Origin: Leucoraja ocellata
Taxonomy: Eukaryota
Assembly (NCBI GenBank): GCA_036785375.1
Contig: JAWMAR010002507.1
Span: forward strand, 1 to 64,000
Reading direction: 5' to 3'
Length of the DNA stretch: 64,000 bases
Shown: positions 21,908 to 34,000 of the stretch, piece after piece
How the letters are laid out: each line of letters starts with the position of its first letter
Position numbering within the stretch: the stretch's first letter is position 1
Notes under the pieces: model-generated
Database searches by the model: none
Seen by the model: the letters and a program-made list of their open reading frames with translations, nothing else
Told to the model about the DNA's origin: nothing
Made by a program: the position numbers and the translations under genes

Positions 21908-24900
21908 ATGGCGGCCCCGCTCAGCCTCAGCCTCAGCGCCAAGCAGCCCCCCATCCAGTCCACGGCGGGGGCCGTGCCCGTCCTCAATGAGAAGGGTGAG
22001 TGAGTGAGGGGGCTGACGTACGCGAGGCCCAGGCTCTGCGGCCTAGTGGCGGCCGCGACCCCGGGCTGGGAGTCGAGACCCGCCGGGCGGCGGCACCGCG
22101 AACTCGGCCGCTTCCCTTCACCACCCGGGGGGGGTCGGTACACGGCTCCTGGGATCTTGCCGCGCCTGTCGTGGGATTATAAACATATTATATATATATA
22201 TATGTGTGTGTGTGTGAAGATAGACACGAAACGCTGGAGTAACTCAGCGGGACGGGCAACATCTCTGGAGAAAAGGAACGCGGAAGCTGCCCGTCCCGCT
22301 GAGTTACTCCAGCATCTTGTGTCTTATCCTCAGTGTAAACCAGCATCCAATACAATGCAATACGGTTTTATTCGTCACATTGCACAGAAAGTGCAAGTGA
22401 AATGAATTTGACAGCAGCAGTACAATGAGAAAGAACACACAATAAAAAATGATCACAAACATAAACATCAAGCATCTGCAGTTCCTTCCTACACATTAAT
22501 ATCCATTGACTTGGCCTCAACAGCCTTCTGTGGCAAAGAATCCCAGATTCACCACCCTCTGACACTATATACANNNNNNNNNNNNNNNNNNNNNNNNNNN
22601 NNNNNNNNNNNNNNNNNNNNNNNNNNNNNNNNNNNNNNNNNNNNNNNNNNNNNNNNNNNNNNNNNNNNNNNNNNNNNNNNNNNNNNNNNNNNNNNNNNNN
22701 NNNNNNNNNNNNNNNNNNNNNNNNNNNNNNNNNNNNNNNNNNNNNNNNNNNNNNNNNNNNNNNNNNNNNNNNNNNNNNNNNNNNNNNNNNNNNNNNNNNN
22801 NNNNNNNNNNNNNNNNNNNNNNNNNNNNNNNNNNNNNNNNNNNNNNNNNNNNNNNNNATGCAGCACAGAACGCCACAGAAGATCCTTCTGAAGAAGGGTC
22901 TCGACCCAAAACATCACCCATTCCTTCTCTCCAGAGATGCTGCCTGTCCCGCTGTGTTACTCCAGCTTTTTGTGTCTATCTTCGGTTTAAACCCGCATCT
23001 GCAGTTCCTTCCTACACAGGAGATCCTTCTTCCCTGTGGCTGTGAAACTGTATAACTACTCCCGCTTCTGTCGTGGGGTAGACTCACTCCCCTTCCCCTC
23101 ACCGCTCACCCCTCACCCCTCACCTGCACATCCCGGACTTTCCACTCGTCACTTTAATATCATGTTTCGATACGAAACGATAAAAACTTTACTCATCCCC
23201 GGGGGGGAAATTAGTCTGCCGACAGTCACAACACAAGGTACATGAAAACTTGAAACTAAAATTGAAAAAAGAATAAGACATGTACAAGATTTCATGTATC
23301 TTGTTGTATTTTATGACTTGGCAAAACAATTTCCCTCCTGGGATAAATAAAGTTCTATCATTACCGTATCATATGTATGTATTTGTGTGTGTGTATATGT
23401 GTGTGTATTTATATATGAACAAACTAAACTTTATTTTCATGTTTATTACTTGTTTACAGTATGTTTACATATTGTGTTGTGCTGCTGCAAGTAAGAATGT
23501 CATTGTTCTATCTGGGACACATGACAATAAAACACTCTTGGCTCGCTTGACTCTTGATCCCGCTGTGTACAAATACACATCTCATCCCAATAGTGGCCCG
23601 GTTTCAATTAAATCAGTGATCAGGTTTCACGCGGTCATTTAACTTCCCGGGGAACTGTACAATACTCCCACAGCCTCTCACCGCCCTTCGGCTGTTTGCA
23701 GCCCCAATTCCCTCCCACAATCTCTCCCCTCCTGAGCCAGTCTGGGTCGGGAGTACTGAAGCTCTGCCTCCCTTCTAGAATGGGCTACAGTGATCAACAA
23801 TAGTTAGACTCACACAGCACTGAAATAAGCCTTTCGGCCCCAACTCTGTCCATGCCAGCCAAGAACCATGCCAACTTGTTACATGTGACAAAGTATTCAT
23901 TCATTCATTCTTTGCCCAGGTGAGGTGTCTATGGAAAAAGTGAAGGTGAAGCGCTATGTGTCAGGTAAGCGGCCTGACTATGCACCGATGGAATCCTCGG
24001 ACGAGGAGGAAGAGGACTTCCAGTTTGTGAAGAAGGCGAAGGATCCAGAAGCGGAGCCTGAGGTGAAGGAGGAACTGGCCAACGACCCACGTCTCAAACG
24101 CCTCCAGAACCGACTGTCCGAGGATGTTGAAGAAAGGTGAGAGAACCCCACTCCTCGTCTCACCTGAGCTGGGGACCGTGTAGTCTTCAGGGCAGATGCA
24201 GCGCCCGCCCTCCACTGGAGCTTCTTACAGACTGACTGTAGGTTTATAAACCCCCTCAGGTCAGCGTTCCTGTTTCCCATTGCAAATACTGTTTTTCACC
24301 CAGAGAGTTGTGAATCTGTGGAATTCTCTGCCACAGAAGGCAGTGGAGGCCAATTCACTGGATGTTTTCAAGAGAGAGTTAGATTTAGCTCTTTAGGGCT
24401 AACGGAATCAAGGGCTATGGGGAAAAAGAAGGAACGGGGTACTGATTCTGGATGATTAGCCGTGATCATGATCAGCTGCGGTGGACTTAGAGAGGGAATG
24501 CCGGGGTTACTTGAAGTTATAGAAATCAATATTTATACCACTGGGGTGTAACCTGTCCAAACAAAACAATTTGGTTTGCCTCACTCTGACAATGGAGGAG
24601 GCCTAGGACAGAAAGGTCAGTGGGAATGGGATGGAGAATTAAAGTGTCCGTCAACCGGGAGATCAATTTAATGTTTGTGCTGAGCCCAACATGAGGGCAG
24701 TTTCGTTCCCGCTGCTGTCCGAGCGTTTCTGAAGCTGCCGTCAGTAACGTTTCCTTCGTCCGTCTTGTAGGCTGGCTCGCCACCGGATGATCGTGGAACC
24801 GGAGGTGGTGGTGGAGGCAGAGTCTGAGGATGAGGCCGAGGCCTGGCAGGTGGAACGGGAGGACACCAGTGAGGAGGAGGAGGAGGAGGTGGATGATGAG

Positions 24901-27900
24901 GTGAGTACAAACCCTGTGGGGTGGCAGTGAGCACATGTCGGGGCCTTTCACCCCAGTGACTGAGGAACTCCAGCAATGATGGTGAGCGTTTGTCGGCACT
25001 GGGCTTGTACTCGCTGGAGTTTAGAAGAATGAGGGGGGAATTGAAACATACAGAATAGTGATAGGCTTGGATAGAGTGGATGTGGGGAGGATGTTTCCAC
25101 TAGTCTAGGTCACAGCCTCAGAATTAAAGGACGTTCCTTTAGGAAGGAGATGAGGAGGAATTTCTTTAGTCAGAGGGTGGTGAATCGGTGGAATTCTTTG
25201 CCACAGAAGGCTGCAGAGGCCAAGTCAGCGGGTATTTTTACGGCAGAGATAGATCGATTCTTGATTAGTACGGGCGTCAGAGATTATAGGGAGAAGGCAG
25301 GAGAATGGGGTTAGGAGGGAGAGATGCCACGATTGAATGGCGGGGTAGAGTGGATGGGCCGAATAGCCTAATTCTGCTCCTATCACATGGTCTTGTGAAC
25401 ACTAGAACTGATCATGGTCTGTTAGTTTAGTTTATTGTCACGTGTACCGAGGTACAGTGAAAAGCTTCTGTTGCGTGCTAACCAACCAGCGGAAAGACTA
25501 TACATCATTACAATCGAGCCATTTACAGTGTACAGATACATGATAAGGGAATAACGTTTAGAGCAAAGATAAAGCCAGCGAAGTCCGATCAAGGATAGTC
25601 CGTGTTTAAGAAAGAACTGCAGATGCTGGAAAAATCGAAGGTAGACAAAAATGCTGGAGAAACTCAGCGGGTGATGCAGCATCTATGGAGCGAAGGAATA
25701 GTCCGTGGGTCACCAATGAGGTAGATAGTAGTTCAGCTCTGCTCTCTGGTTGGGGTAGGATGGTTCAGTTGCCTGATAACAGCTGGGAAGAAACCCCCTG
25801 ATAACAAACTCATCCCCCCACGATCACGGACAGAAATTGAGCGTCGGCGGGCCATGATGAGGCAGCGTGCGCAGGAGCGGGAGAACGAGGAGCTGGAAGT
25901 GCTGGAGCTGGAGGACGAGGGGCGGTCTGGCGAAGAGTCTGAGGAGGAGTCCGAGTACGAGGAGTACACTGACAGCGAGGATGAGACGGAGCCCAGGCTG
26001 AAGCCCGTCTTCATCAGAAGGTACTGCCGCACCTACCCACCACCTCCCCCCCCCCCCCCCCTTCTTCTTCTGTCGTGTGGCGTGCACAGCCTAAAGTTGT
26101 TGGACAATTTGATCTTCCGTTTGTGCACGTTGAGTTGATTGCATTAGTCGAAACAGGGCGGACCACGTGAAGGTTGCAATCTTCCACCCCAGCCTCCCAC
26201 TTGACCGCGGTTCACAGCACCCCATACACAGCCTGGAGGTTGCTGCTGCTGCTGCTGCTGTCGGGCATGGTCCATGGTTTCTGTATGTGTAAGGACCTGC
26301 AGATGCTGGTTTAAACCGAAGATAGACACAAAAAGCTGGAGTAACTCCGCGGGACAGGCAGCATCTCTGGAGAGAAGGAATGGGTGACGTTTCGGGTCAC
26401 AGAGATGCTGCTGAGTTACTCCAGCTTTTGTGTCTATGAATGGTTTCTGTACTGTCCCGGTGTACCAGGTACAGTGAGATACACTATCTGCAGACAGCTC
26501 AGACCGAGTCTCCCAGTACATGAACACAATCCCCAGTGAGTTCAGACAGTCCATTGGAAGAGGTGCCATGTTGCTGCCGTTTCCCCAGTCCCAGCCACAA
26601 AGGCCCATTGCAGCCGTCACCTCCATTCCGGTGGTCCTGCGATCCGATGTCCCTCCACACCTGGCCCCCTCTTCCCCCCACGGGGACACTGCACAATGGC
26701 ACCGAGCTCGATGGCACTGATGGTAACATCCCCGGTTCTTCTTACCGGGCCCTTAGTGCAGTGTCCCCTGTGTTGGGACGTCCTGATGATGAGGAAAGGA
26801 TGCGTGTATTTTTGTTTCCTCGTTTGTTCCGCGTGCTGTGTGCGCCAATCGCCACGTGTCATGTGCTGCGGTGTGTGCCATGCGAGCCGTGTGTGGCGTT
26901 TGCCGCTGCGGGGTTTGACGAGCTGTGTGCCGCCGGCAGGAAGGACCGGGTGACAGTGCAGGAGCGGGAGGCAGAGACTGTGAAGCAGAAGGAGCTGGAA
27001 CAGGAGGCTAAGCGGCTGAGTGAGGAGCAACGCAAATACACACTGAAGGTGAGACACACACACACAGCGGTGGTGCAGGGGACAATGGGGAGTGGGAGGT
27101 GGTGGTGCGGGGGGGGAGTGGGCATTAGGGGAGTGGGCGAGGTGGTGCGGGGCGGGAGTGGGAGTGGTGGTGCGGGGGGGGAGTGGGAGTGGTGGTGCGG
27201 GGGGAGTGGGCGGCGGTGGTGGTGCTGTGGAGCGGTGCATTTACCGGGCCGGTGGCCGCTGGCGTTGTACAGATCGTGGAGGAGGAGGCTCGGCGGGAGG
27301 TTGAGGAGTCGCGGAGAACGCTGTCCGCCCTCGATGCCCTCAACACCGACGATGAGAACGACGAGGAGGAGTACGAGTCGTGGAAAGTGCGGGAACTGAA
27401 ACGCATCAAACGGGACCGCGAGGAGCGGGAGTCGTGAGTACCGTCCCCGTCCCCGTCCCCCTCCCCGTATAAGGGACTCTCTCCCCCTCTAACTGGCACG
27501 GTAACATAGATTATCTGAGGTAGAGTCGCTGCCTACAGGTGCTGTCTGAACAGAGATTGTACGCTCTCCCCCTAACCATGTGGGTTTTCTCCGGAAGCTC
27601 CGGTTTCCTCCCACGCTCCAAATATGTACGGGTTTGTGGGTTAATTGACTTCTGTAAATTGTCTCTAGTGTGGAGGATAGAACAAGTGTATGAGTGATCG
27701 TTGGCCGGCATCGACTCGCTGGGCCGCAGGGTCTGTTTCCACCCTGTATCTCCAAACTAAACTCAAATCAGTGTAGGAAGAGTATTATAAGGAGAAAGGT
27801 TTGGATGGAATGGAATAAATACAGGCAGGTGGGGTGAGGCTAATAAGCCAACTTGTTAGGTATGGGCAAGATGGGTTGAAGGGCCTGTGTGAGTGCTGTG

Positions 27901-27990
27901 TAGTTCTGTGTGGTGTGGGGCTCTGGACTGTGGTATGTTGTGGGTGAGGGGTATTTTCTCACTGAGTTCTCTGCTTGTGTGTGTGAGTGT

Positions 27991-28049
<59 letters not shown>

Positions 28050-28105
28050 GCTCTGGACTGTGGTATGGTGTGGGTGAGGGCTGTTTTCTCACTGAGTTCT
28101 CTGTC

Positions 28106-28146
<41 letters not shown>

Positions 28147-28446
28147 TGTGGGGCTCTGGACTGTGGTATGGTGTGGGTGAGGGGTGTTTTTTCACTGAGT
28201 TCTCTGCCTGTGTGTGTGTGTGTGTGTGTGTGGGGGGGGCTCTGGACTGTGGTATGGTGTGGGTGAGGGGTATTTTCCCACTGAGTTCTGTGCCTGTGTG
28301 TGTGTGTGTGTGTGTGTGGGGCTCTGGACTGTGGTATGGTGTGGGTGAGGGGTATTTTCCCACTGAGTTCTGTGCCTGTGTGTGTGTGGGGCTCTGGACT
28401 GTGGTATGGTGTGGGTGAGGGCTGTTTTCTCACTGAGTTCTCTGTC

Positions 28447-28482
<36 letters not shown>

Positions 28483-30078
28483 GTGTGTGTGTGTGGGGCT
28501 CTGGACTGTGGTATGGTGTGGGTGAGGGGTATTTTCCCACTGAGTTCTCTGCCTGTGTGTGTGGTGTGTGGTGTGTGTGTGGCTCTGGGCTGTGGTATGG
28601 TGTGGGTGAGGGGTGTTTTTTCACTGAGTTCTCTGTCTGTGTACAGCATGGAGAAGGAGAAGGCGGAGATCGACAGGATGCACAACCTGACGGAGGAGGA
28701 GAGGCGGGCTGAGCTCCGAGCCAACAGCAAGGCCATCACCAACAAGGCCAGCAAAGGGAAGTACAAGTTCCTGCAGAAGTACTATCACAGAGGAGCCTTC
28801 TTCATGGTGAGTTCAATGAATGAATATGTTCATTGGCCAAGTATGTTCACATACAAGGAATTTGCCTTGGTGCTCCGCTCGCAAGTAACAACACGTCATA
28901 CGGTGACAATTAAAAATGACACATTAAACATTATAAAATAATAAAACATGGAGGCAACCAACTACATTTTGAGCTTCCCACGAGTTTGTGTGCACCAGTC
29001 AGTGTTCACTTAAGATAGACATGCTGGAGTAACACAGCGGGACAGGCAGCATCTCTAGAGAGAAGGAATGAATGACGTTTCGGGTTGAGCTTCTTCAGAC
29101 TGAGAAGAAGGCTTTTGACCAGAAACGTCACCTCCTCTCCAGAGATGCTGCCTGACCCGCTGTGTTACTCCAGCACTTTGTTCTTTTTGCTGTCAACCAG
29201 CATCTTCAGTTCCTTGTGTCTACATGGTCACTGCCCAGGTGTTGGTTATAGTTCATGGTGTGGTGCACTGGGATATAGTGACAAGCTTCTGTCTGCCTGC
29301 TCTCCAGTCAGTGTTGTCCTGCCCTCCACCACCCAATGGAGGGGCGGATATGTTGAACACACAGTTTGTCCACGAATGTTGATCGATGTGTAGGTTTGGT
29401 GAACTGAGTCTTGGCACATCTGCCGTTCCGCAGGATGAAGAGGAGGATCTGTACAAACGGGATTTCAGCTCGCCCACACTGGAGGACCATTTCAACAAGA
29501 CCATCTTACCCAAGGTTATGCAGGTAAGACATGCCTGCACTGCCAGCAGCCTTGTGTTCCCGTGCAATGTGTGTGCGCGCGTGTGTGGGGGGATAATTGC
29601 TGTCTGCGGAAGGAATGCATCATATAAAGGCTGGGAGAGCCACGGGCGATTACAGAGAACATTGAACGCTCTACATGCGGGTGAAGCATTTTTTAATTTT
29701 ATTTTCCCTACTGAACAAGGCCTTCATTCAGTAATTGCAATTTATGGGGGGCAATACCGAGCGGGTTCTGGTGAGAAAGTGATTCATCCACTGCATCTTT
29801 CAAGGGCCACAAACTATTTCTGTGCTGAGATTCTTTGAGCCGTGTTTATCTGCTGAATTTTGTTTCTTTTCTACCCAACCCACAAATCAAATTAGGTGAA
29901 GAACTTTGGGCGGTCGGGGCGGACCAAGTACACTCACCTGGTGGACCAAGACACCACCTCGTTTGATTCAGCCTGGGCCCAGGAATCTGCCCAGAACAGC
30001 AAGTTCTTCAAGCAGCGAGCAGCCGGCGTGCGAGATGTCTTCGAGAGGCCCTCAGCCAAGAAGAGGAAGACCACGTAA
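21908..30078 (+). CDS. MFAP1: Microfibrillar-associated protein 1 (spliceosomal B-complex protein, PRPF38A partner), 9 exons, ~441 aa
   Basis: Exons 21908-21995, 23920-24136, 24771-24900, 25833-26020, 26940-27048, 27273-27433, 28647-28806, 29434-29523, 29896-30078. They encode [57 protein letters not shown] and [21 protein letters not shown]. The exon 4 acceptor appears one G short. Confidence 0.97.
22574..22857. other. Assembly gap (MFAP1 intron 1)
   Basis: Run of N. Confidence 1.
27905..28646 (+). repeat. Compound minisatellite in MFAP1 intron 6: 8 copies of a ~55-bp core separated by (TG)n
   Basis: GGGGCTCTGGACTGTGGTATGGTGTGGGTGAGGG..TTTT..CACTGAGTTCTCTG at ~27917, 28047, 28150, 28237, 28318, 28387, 28495, 28580. 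Confidence 0.95.
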
Positions 30079-30476
30079 CTGGGCGTGGGATGGGCCGTGG
30101 CCACGTGGTAGGTGCGCCCGACCTCCATCACTGGCACTGGGCTGCCCCGTCTATCACAGCTATGGAGACTCTAGCACGAACATCTATCCAGTGATGTTTA
30201 TACGTAACTTAAATCTTCCTCTTTAAAGTAAACTTATTTTCTAAAGTTTGTAACTCTGTGATCATGTGTTATTTTCCTTTTCTGCTACATTGATAGGATA
30301 AAATTGGCATTTTAACCAATTGTAACTGTTGTTTCGTTATACAAAGTTTCAATGGGAGTTCGGTCTCAGTTCTGTGATGTGGAGGAAGGAACTGCAGATT
30401 CTGGTTTACACCAAAGAGACACAAAACGCTGGAGTAACTCAGCGGGACAGGCAGCATCTCTGGAGAGAAGGAATGG

Positions 30477-30508
30477 GTGACGTTTCGGGTCGAGACCCTT
30501 CTTCAGAC
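30477..30508 (-). ncRNA. Minimal hammerhead-ribozyme-like core in a Penelope-type repeat
   Basis: Same motif as at 5059-5090: CUGAnGA, stem II, GAAA, ACGU palindrome, GUC triplet. Confidence 0.55.
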
Positions 30509-31007
30509 TGAAGGAGAGAGTGTATGTTGCTGTCTGTGCAGAGTTCGCACGTTCTCCCTGTGACCGCCAGGTGCTCTGACTTCCTCCCACATCGCAAAGA
30601 CGTGCGTATGGGGTTGTAGGTTAATTGGCACTCGTGGGTGAGAAAGTGGGAGAAATTCGAACCAGTGTGAATGGGACGATAGAGGGCTGGCATAGACGTG
30701 GTGGGCCGAAGGGCCTGTTTCCATGCTTTATCTCACTACAAAGTCTTAACCTCAAAGGAGTTGTATCCATATCAAACACAAAACAAATTCCTACATTAAA
30801 ATGTCAGTTAGATTTTATTTCAATAGTATAAAAAAAGATAGACTACATTTAAAAAGTTGAAAATATCTAAAAATAATTATCCTGGAGGTATTTTGCTTTA
30901 TTCAAATAATAAAGTATTCTCCCAGCACACAGCCTGCTCTGATCCACTACCTCCACGCCTGCAACCTAAACAAAGCTGCTTTAATCCCACCATCCTCTTA
31001 AGTTTCT

Positions 31008-34000
31008 CTATTTGTTCCTGGATTTCACCGCCCGAGTCTTCCGTCTTCCAGATTCTGTAGAGTGAGAGACAAGGAGAGTAACGTGGGCATCTGGCACCTG
31101 AAGCATTATCTCCACCCTCCATCGAGACAGGTAGGGTGTACAGAGATACTGTGCATAAACAGGCCATTCAGCCTGCCGAGTACATGCCTACCAGCGATCC
31201 CCGCATACTAACACTATTCTACACACTTTAGGGACAAATCTGGACGTCTGGAGTGTGGGAGGAAACGGAAGCTCCCGGGGAAAACCCACACAGGTCACGG
31301 GGAGAACGTACAAACTCCATACAGACAGCACCCGTAGTCGGGATGGAACCCGGGTCCCTGGCGCTGCGAGGCAGCAACCACCATGCCACTCACTCTGTAG
31401 TAGTGGTAGTGGACTGGAGTGGAATCCAACCACTTATGAGGCTATGGCAGTGAAACAGGCAGCAACACAATTCTCTTCCTCCCACATCGTCAGCTTAACC
31501 CCCTGTCCCACTTTCCCCGAGTTACTCACGAATTCTCCCGCGTTTTCCCCTTGATTCAAACTCGGAGAATTACGGTAATAGCCAGCCGTAGTTACTCGGG
31601 GCTATTTTTTTTAAATTCTTGGACATTTGTCAACATGCTGAAAAAATGTCCCGACTTACCTGATGCCCCGAGTACCTACGGCTGGCATTACGAGCCGCTA
31701 CGAAATATCTTAAGGACTCCTATGGACTCGCTACGGACATTCTCCGAGTTTGAATCAAGGAGAAAACTACGGGAGAATTTGTGAGTAAGTCGGGAAAGTG
31801 GGACAGGGCCTTTAGTGTCCCAAGTTGAGTTTATTTTCATATATTTACCAGAGCTACAATGACAAGCATGTTCGCTACGGACTCAGACTTATGCAGCAAA
31901 ATAGCAAGACTTTGCAACAGAACAGAATTAGGATAAAAGTCCAAGTGTATAAGATCATGATGGGGGTGTTAAGCAGGCTAGGACTTTATTTCCTTGGAGC
32001 GCAGGAGGATGAGGGGTGATCTTATAGAGATGTATGAGGGGAATGATTTTATATGATCAGCCATGATCCTATTGAAGTTGGTGCTGGCCCGAGGGGCCGA
32101 ATGGCCTACTCCCGCACCCATGTTTCTAATAGTTTTGTACCAATGACAATAAACTTGACTTGAGCTGACGATGCGGTTACAGCATGAGTTACCTGCAGGA
32201 GTCTCCAGCATAGACAATGACTTCGCCCCTGGTTTCCTCCTATTGCGCTCCGATCTTCTCCTGGTTTCCTGGGCTTGCTCCGGCCTCTCGTCCTCCTGCT
32301 CCCCAGCCGCTGCCTCGGTGTTCTGGGCATTCCTCTGAGGACCATCCTCTGGCACAGCATGAGACCTTTGCTGCTCCACTTTCCCCTTCCTCTTCTTGGC
32401 TGCGAGACCCTGTAGACAGAGGAATAGCTGCAGCTCGACACAAAGTGCTGGGCTAGTCAATGGCCAAGGTCCAAACTGAACCTGGGTCTCTGGCATTGTG
32501 GGGTGGCTAATCCCCGGGATGGCGGGACTGTCATATGTTGAACATTGGGCTTGTATACACTGGAATTTGGACGGATGAGAGGGTATCTTATTGAAACATA
32601 TAAGATTATAAAGGGATTGGACATACTAGAGACAGGAAACATTCTCAAGCACATCCCCAAAGGTTCTACCACTCAGCTATTCAATTTCCCTCCTGGAATG
32701 AATAAAGTTCTATCATTTACCCTCATGATTGTATGCACCTCTGTGGGCTCACCTCTCAGCCTTAAGGGGCTGTCCCACTTGGGCAACCTAATTGGCGAGT
32801 TTGGAAGAGTTTGAAATAATGACATGTTGAAGACCTCCTTTGACTATGTTGAAGACCAGCTTCAACTAGCTACGACTAACTTCGGGAAAATTGGACACCG
32901 AATAGTGGAGAGTGCAACTCTACCGCTGCACCACCGTGCCCCACAGGAGTTGATACATGTCTGTCAGAAACATAGAAAAATAGGTGCACGAGGAGGCCAT
33001 TCGGCCCTTCGAGCCAGCACCTCCATTCAATATGATCATGGCTGATCATGTAAAATCAGTTCCCCGTTCCTGCTTTCTCCCCATATGCCTTGATTCCGTT
33101 AGCCCTAAGAGCTAAATCTAACTCTCTCAAAAACATCCAGTGAATCGGACTCCACTGCCTTCTGTGGGAGAGAATCCCACAGATTCACAAGTCTCTGGGT
33201 GAAACAGTTTTTCCTCATCTCAGTCCTAAATGGCCGACCCTTTATTCTTACTACAGGAAGCCTCACCACAGGCAATAACAATATCAGGACTTGCTGGCAA
33301 CTAGGGTTTCAGGCAGGGGTTATGCAGGGTGGATGATTACGGTTGAAAACAGTCTCATTTCCAGGGAGATTCCAACATTTCGCTTCCTTTTCTGCGTCTA
33401 CAGATTGACTTTTCACTCACCTTGGTTGCCACCGAGTGCTTTTTATCCTCCTCCAATTTTGTTTTCTTCTGAGACTTGGCTTTGGGCGTTCTGGATCCTT
33501 TGCAGGGAGAGAAACATTGATTTGTGGAATAAAGATGCAGTAGTGGGAAGTCAGGATGCAGCTCTGTAGGAGTTGGGCCCGGCTGTGTTTGGGGTATTGT
33601 GTGTAGATCTGGTCGCCCCCATTACAGGAAGGATATGGAGGCTTGGGAGAGGAGGTTTACCAGAATGATGCCAGGATTAGAGTGTTGCAGCAACAGGGAG
33701 AGGTTGGATTGCATTCTTTGGAATGTTGGAGACTGAGAGATTTGACAGATGTATGTAAAATGATGAGAGGCAAAGTTGATAGGTTTATAGGTTACTTGAC
33801 CAAGTGGGACCCGTTGGGTGTCGTCCCATCAACTCGCAGTTGCGGGGGGGGGGGGGTCACATACACATTAACCTCCCCCCCCTCCCTTGATATTATATTA
33901 ATATAATTCATTTGTTCCTTTTCCCCCATCCCCCGCCCTATCCACTTACGCATAGCCCCCAACTGCGAAGATAATCACGGCTAGAGAGGGAGGTGGGTAG

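Noticed and set aside
26536-27399. 287-aa ORF
   Set aside because: Read-through of MFAP1 exon 5 with GC-rich intron sequence.
27856-28766. His/Thr-rich and Cys/Val-rich ORFs
   Set aside because: Translations of (TG)n/(CA)n in an intronic minisatellite.
31978-32496. Independent Lys/Arg-rich gene
   Set aside because: Its core (32409-32193) fits in phase as a NEIL1 C-terminal exon.
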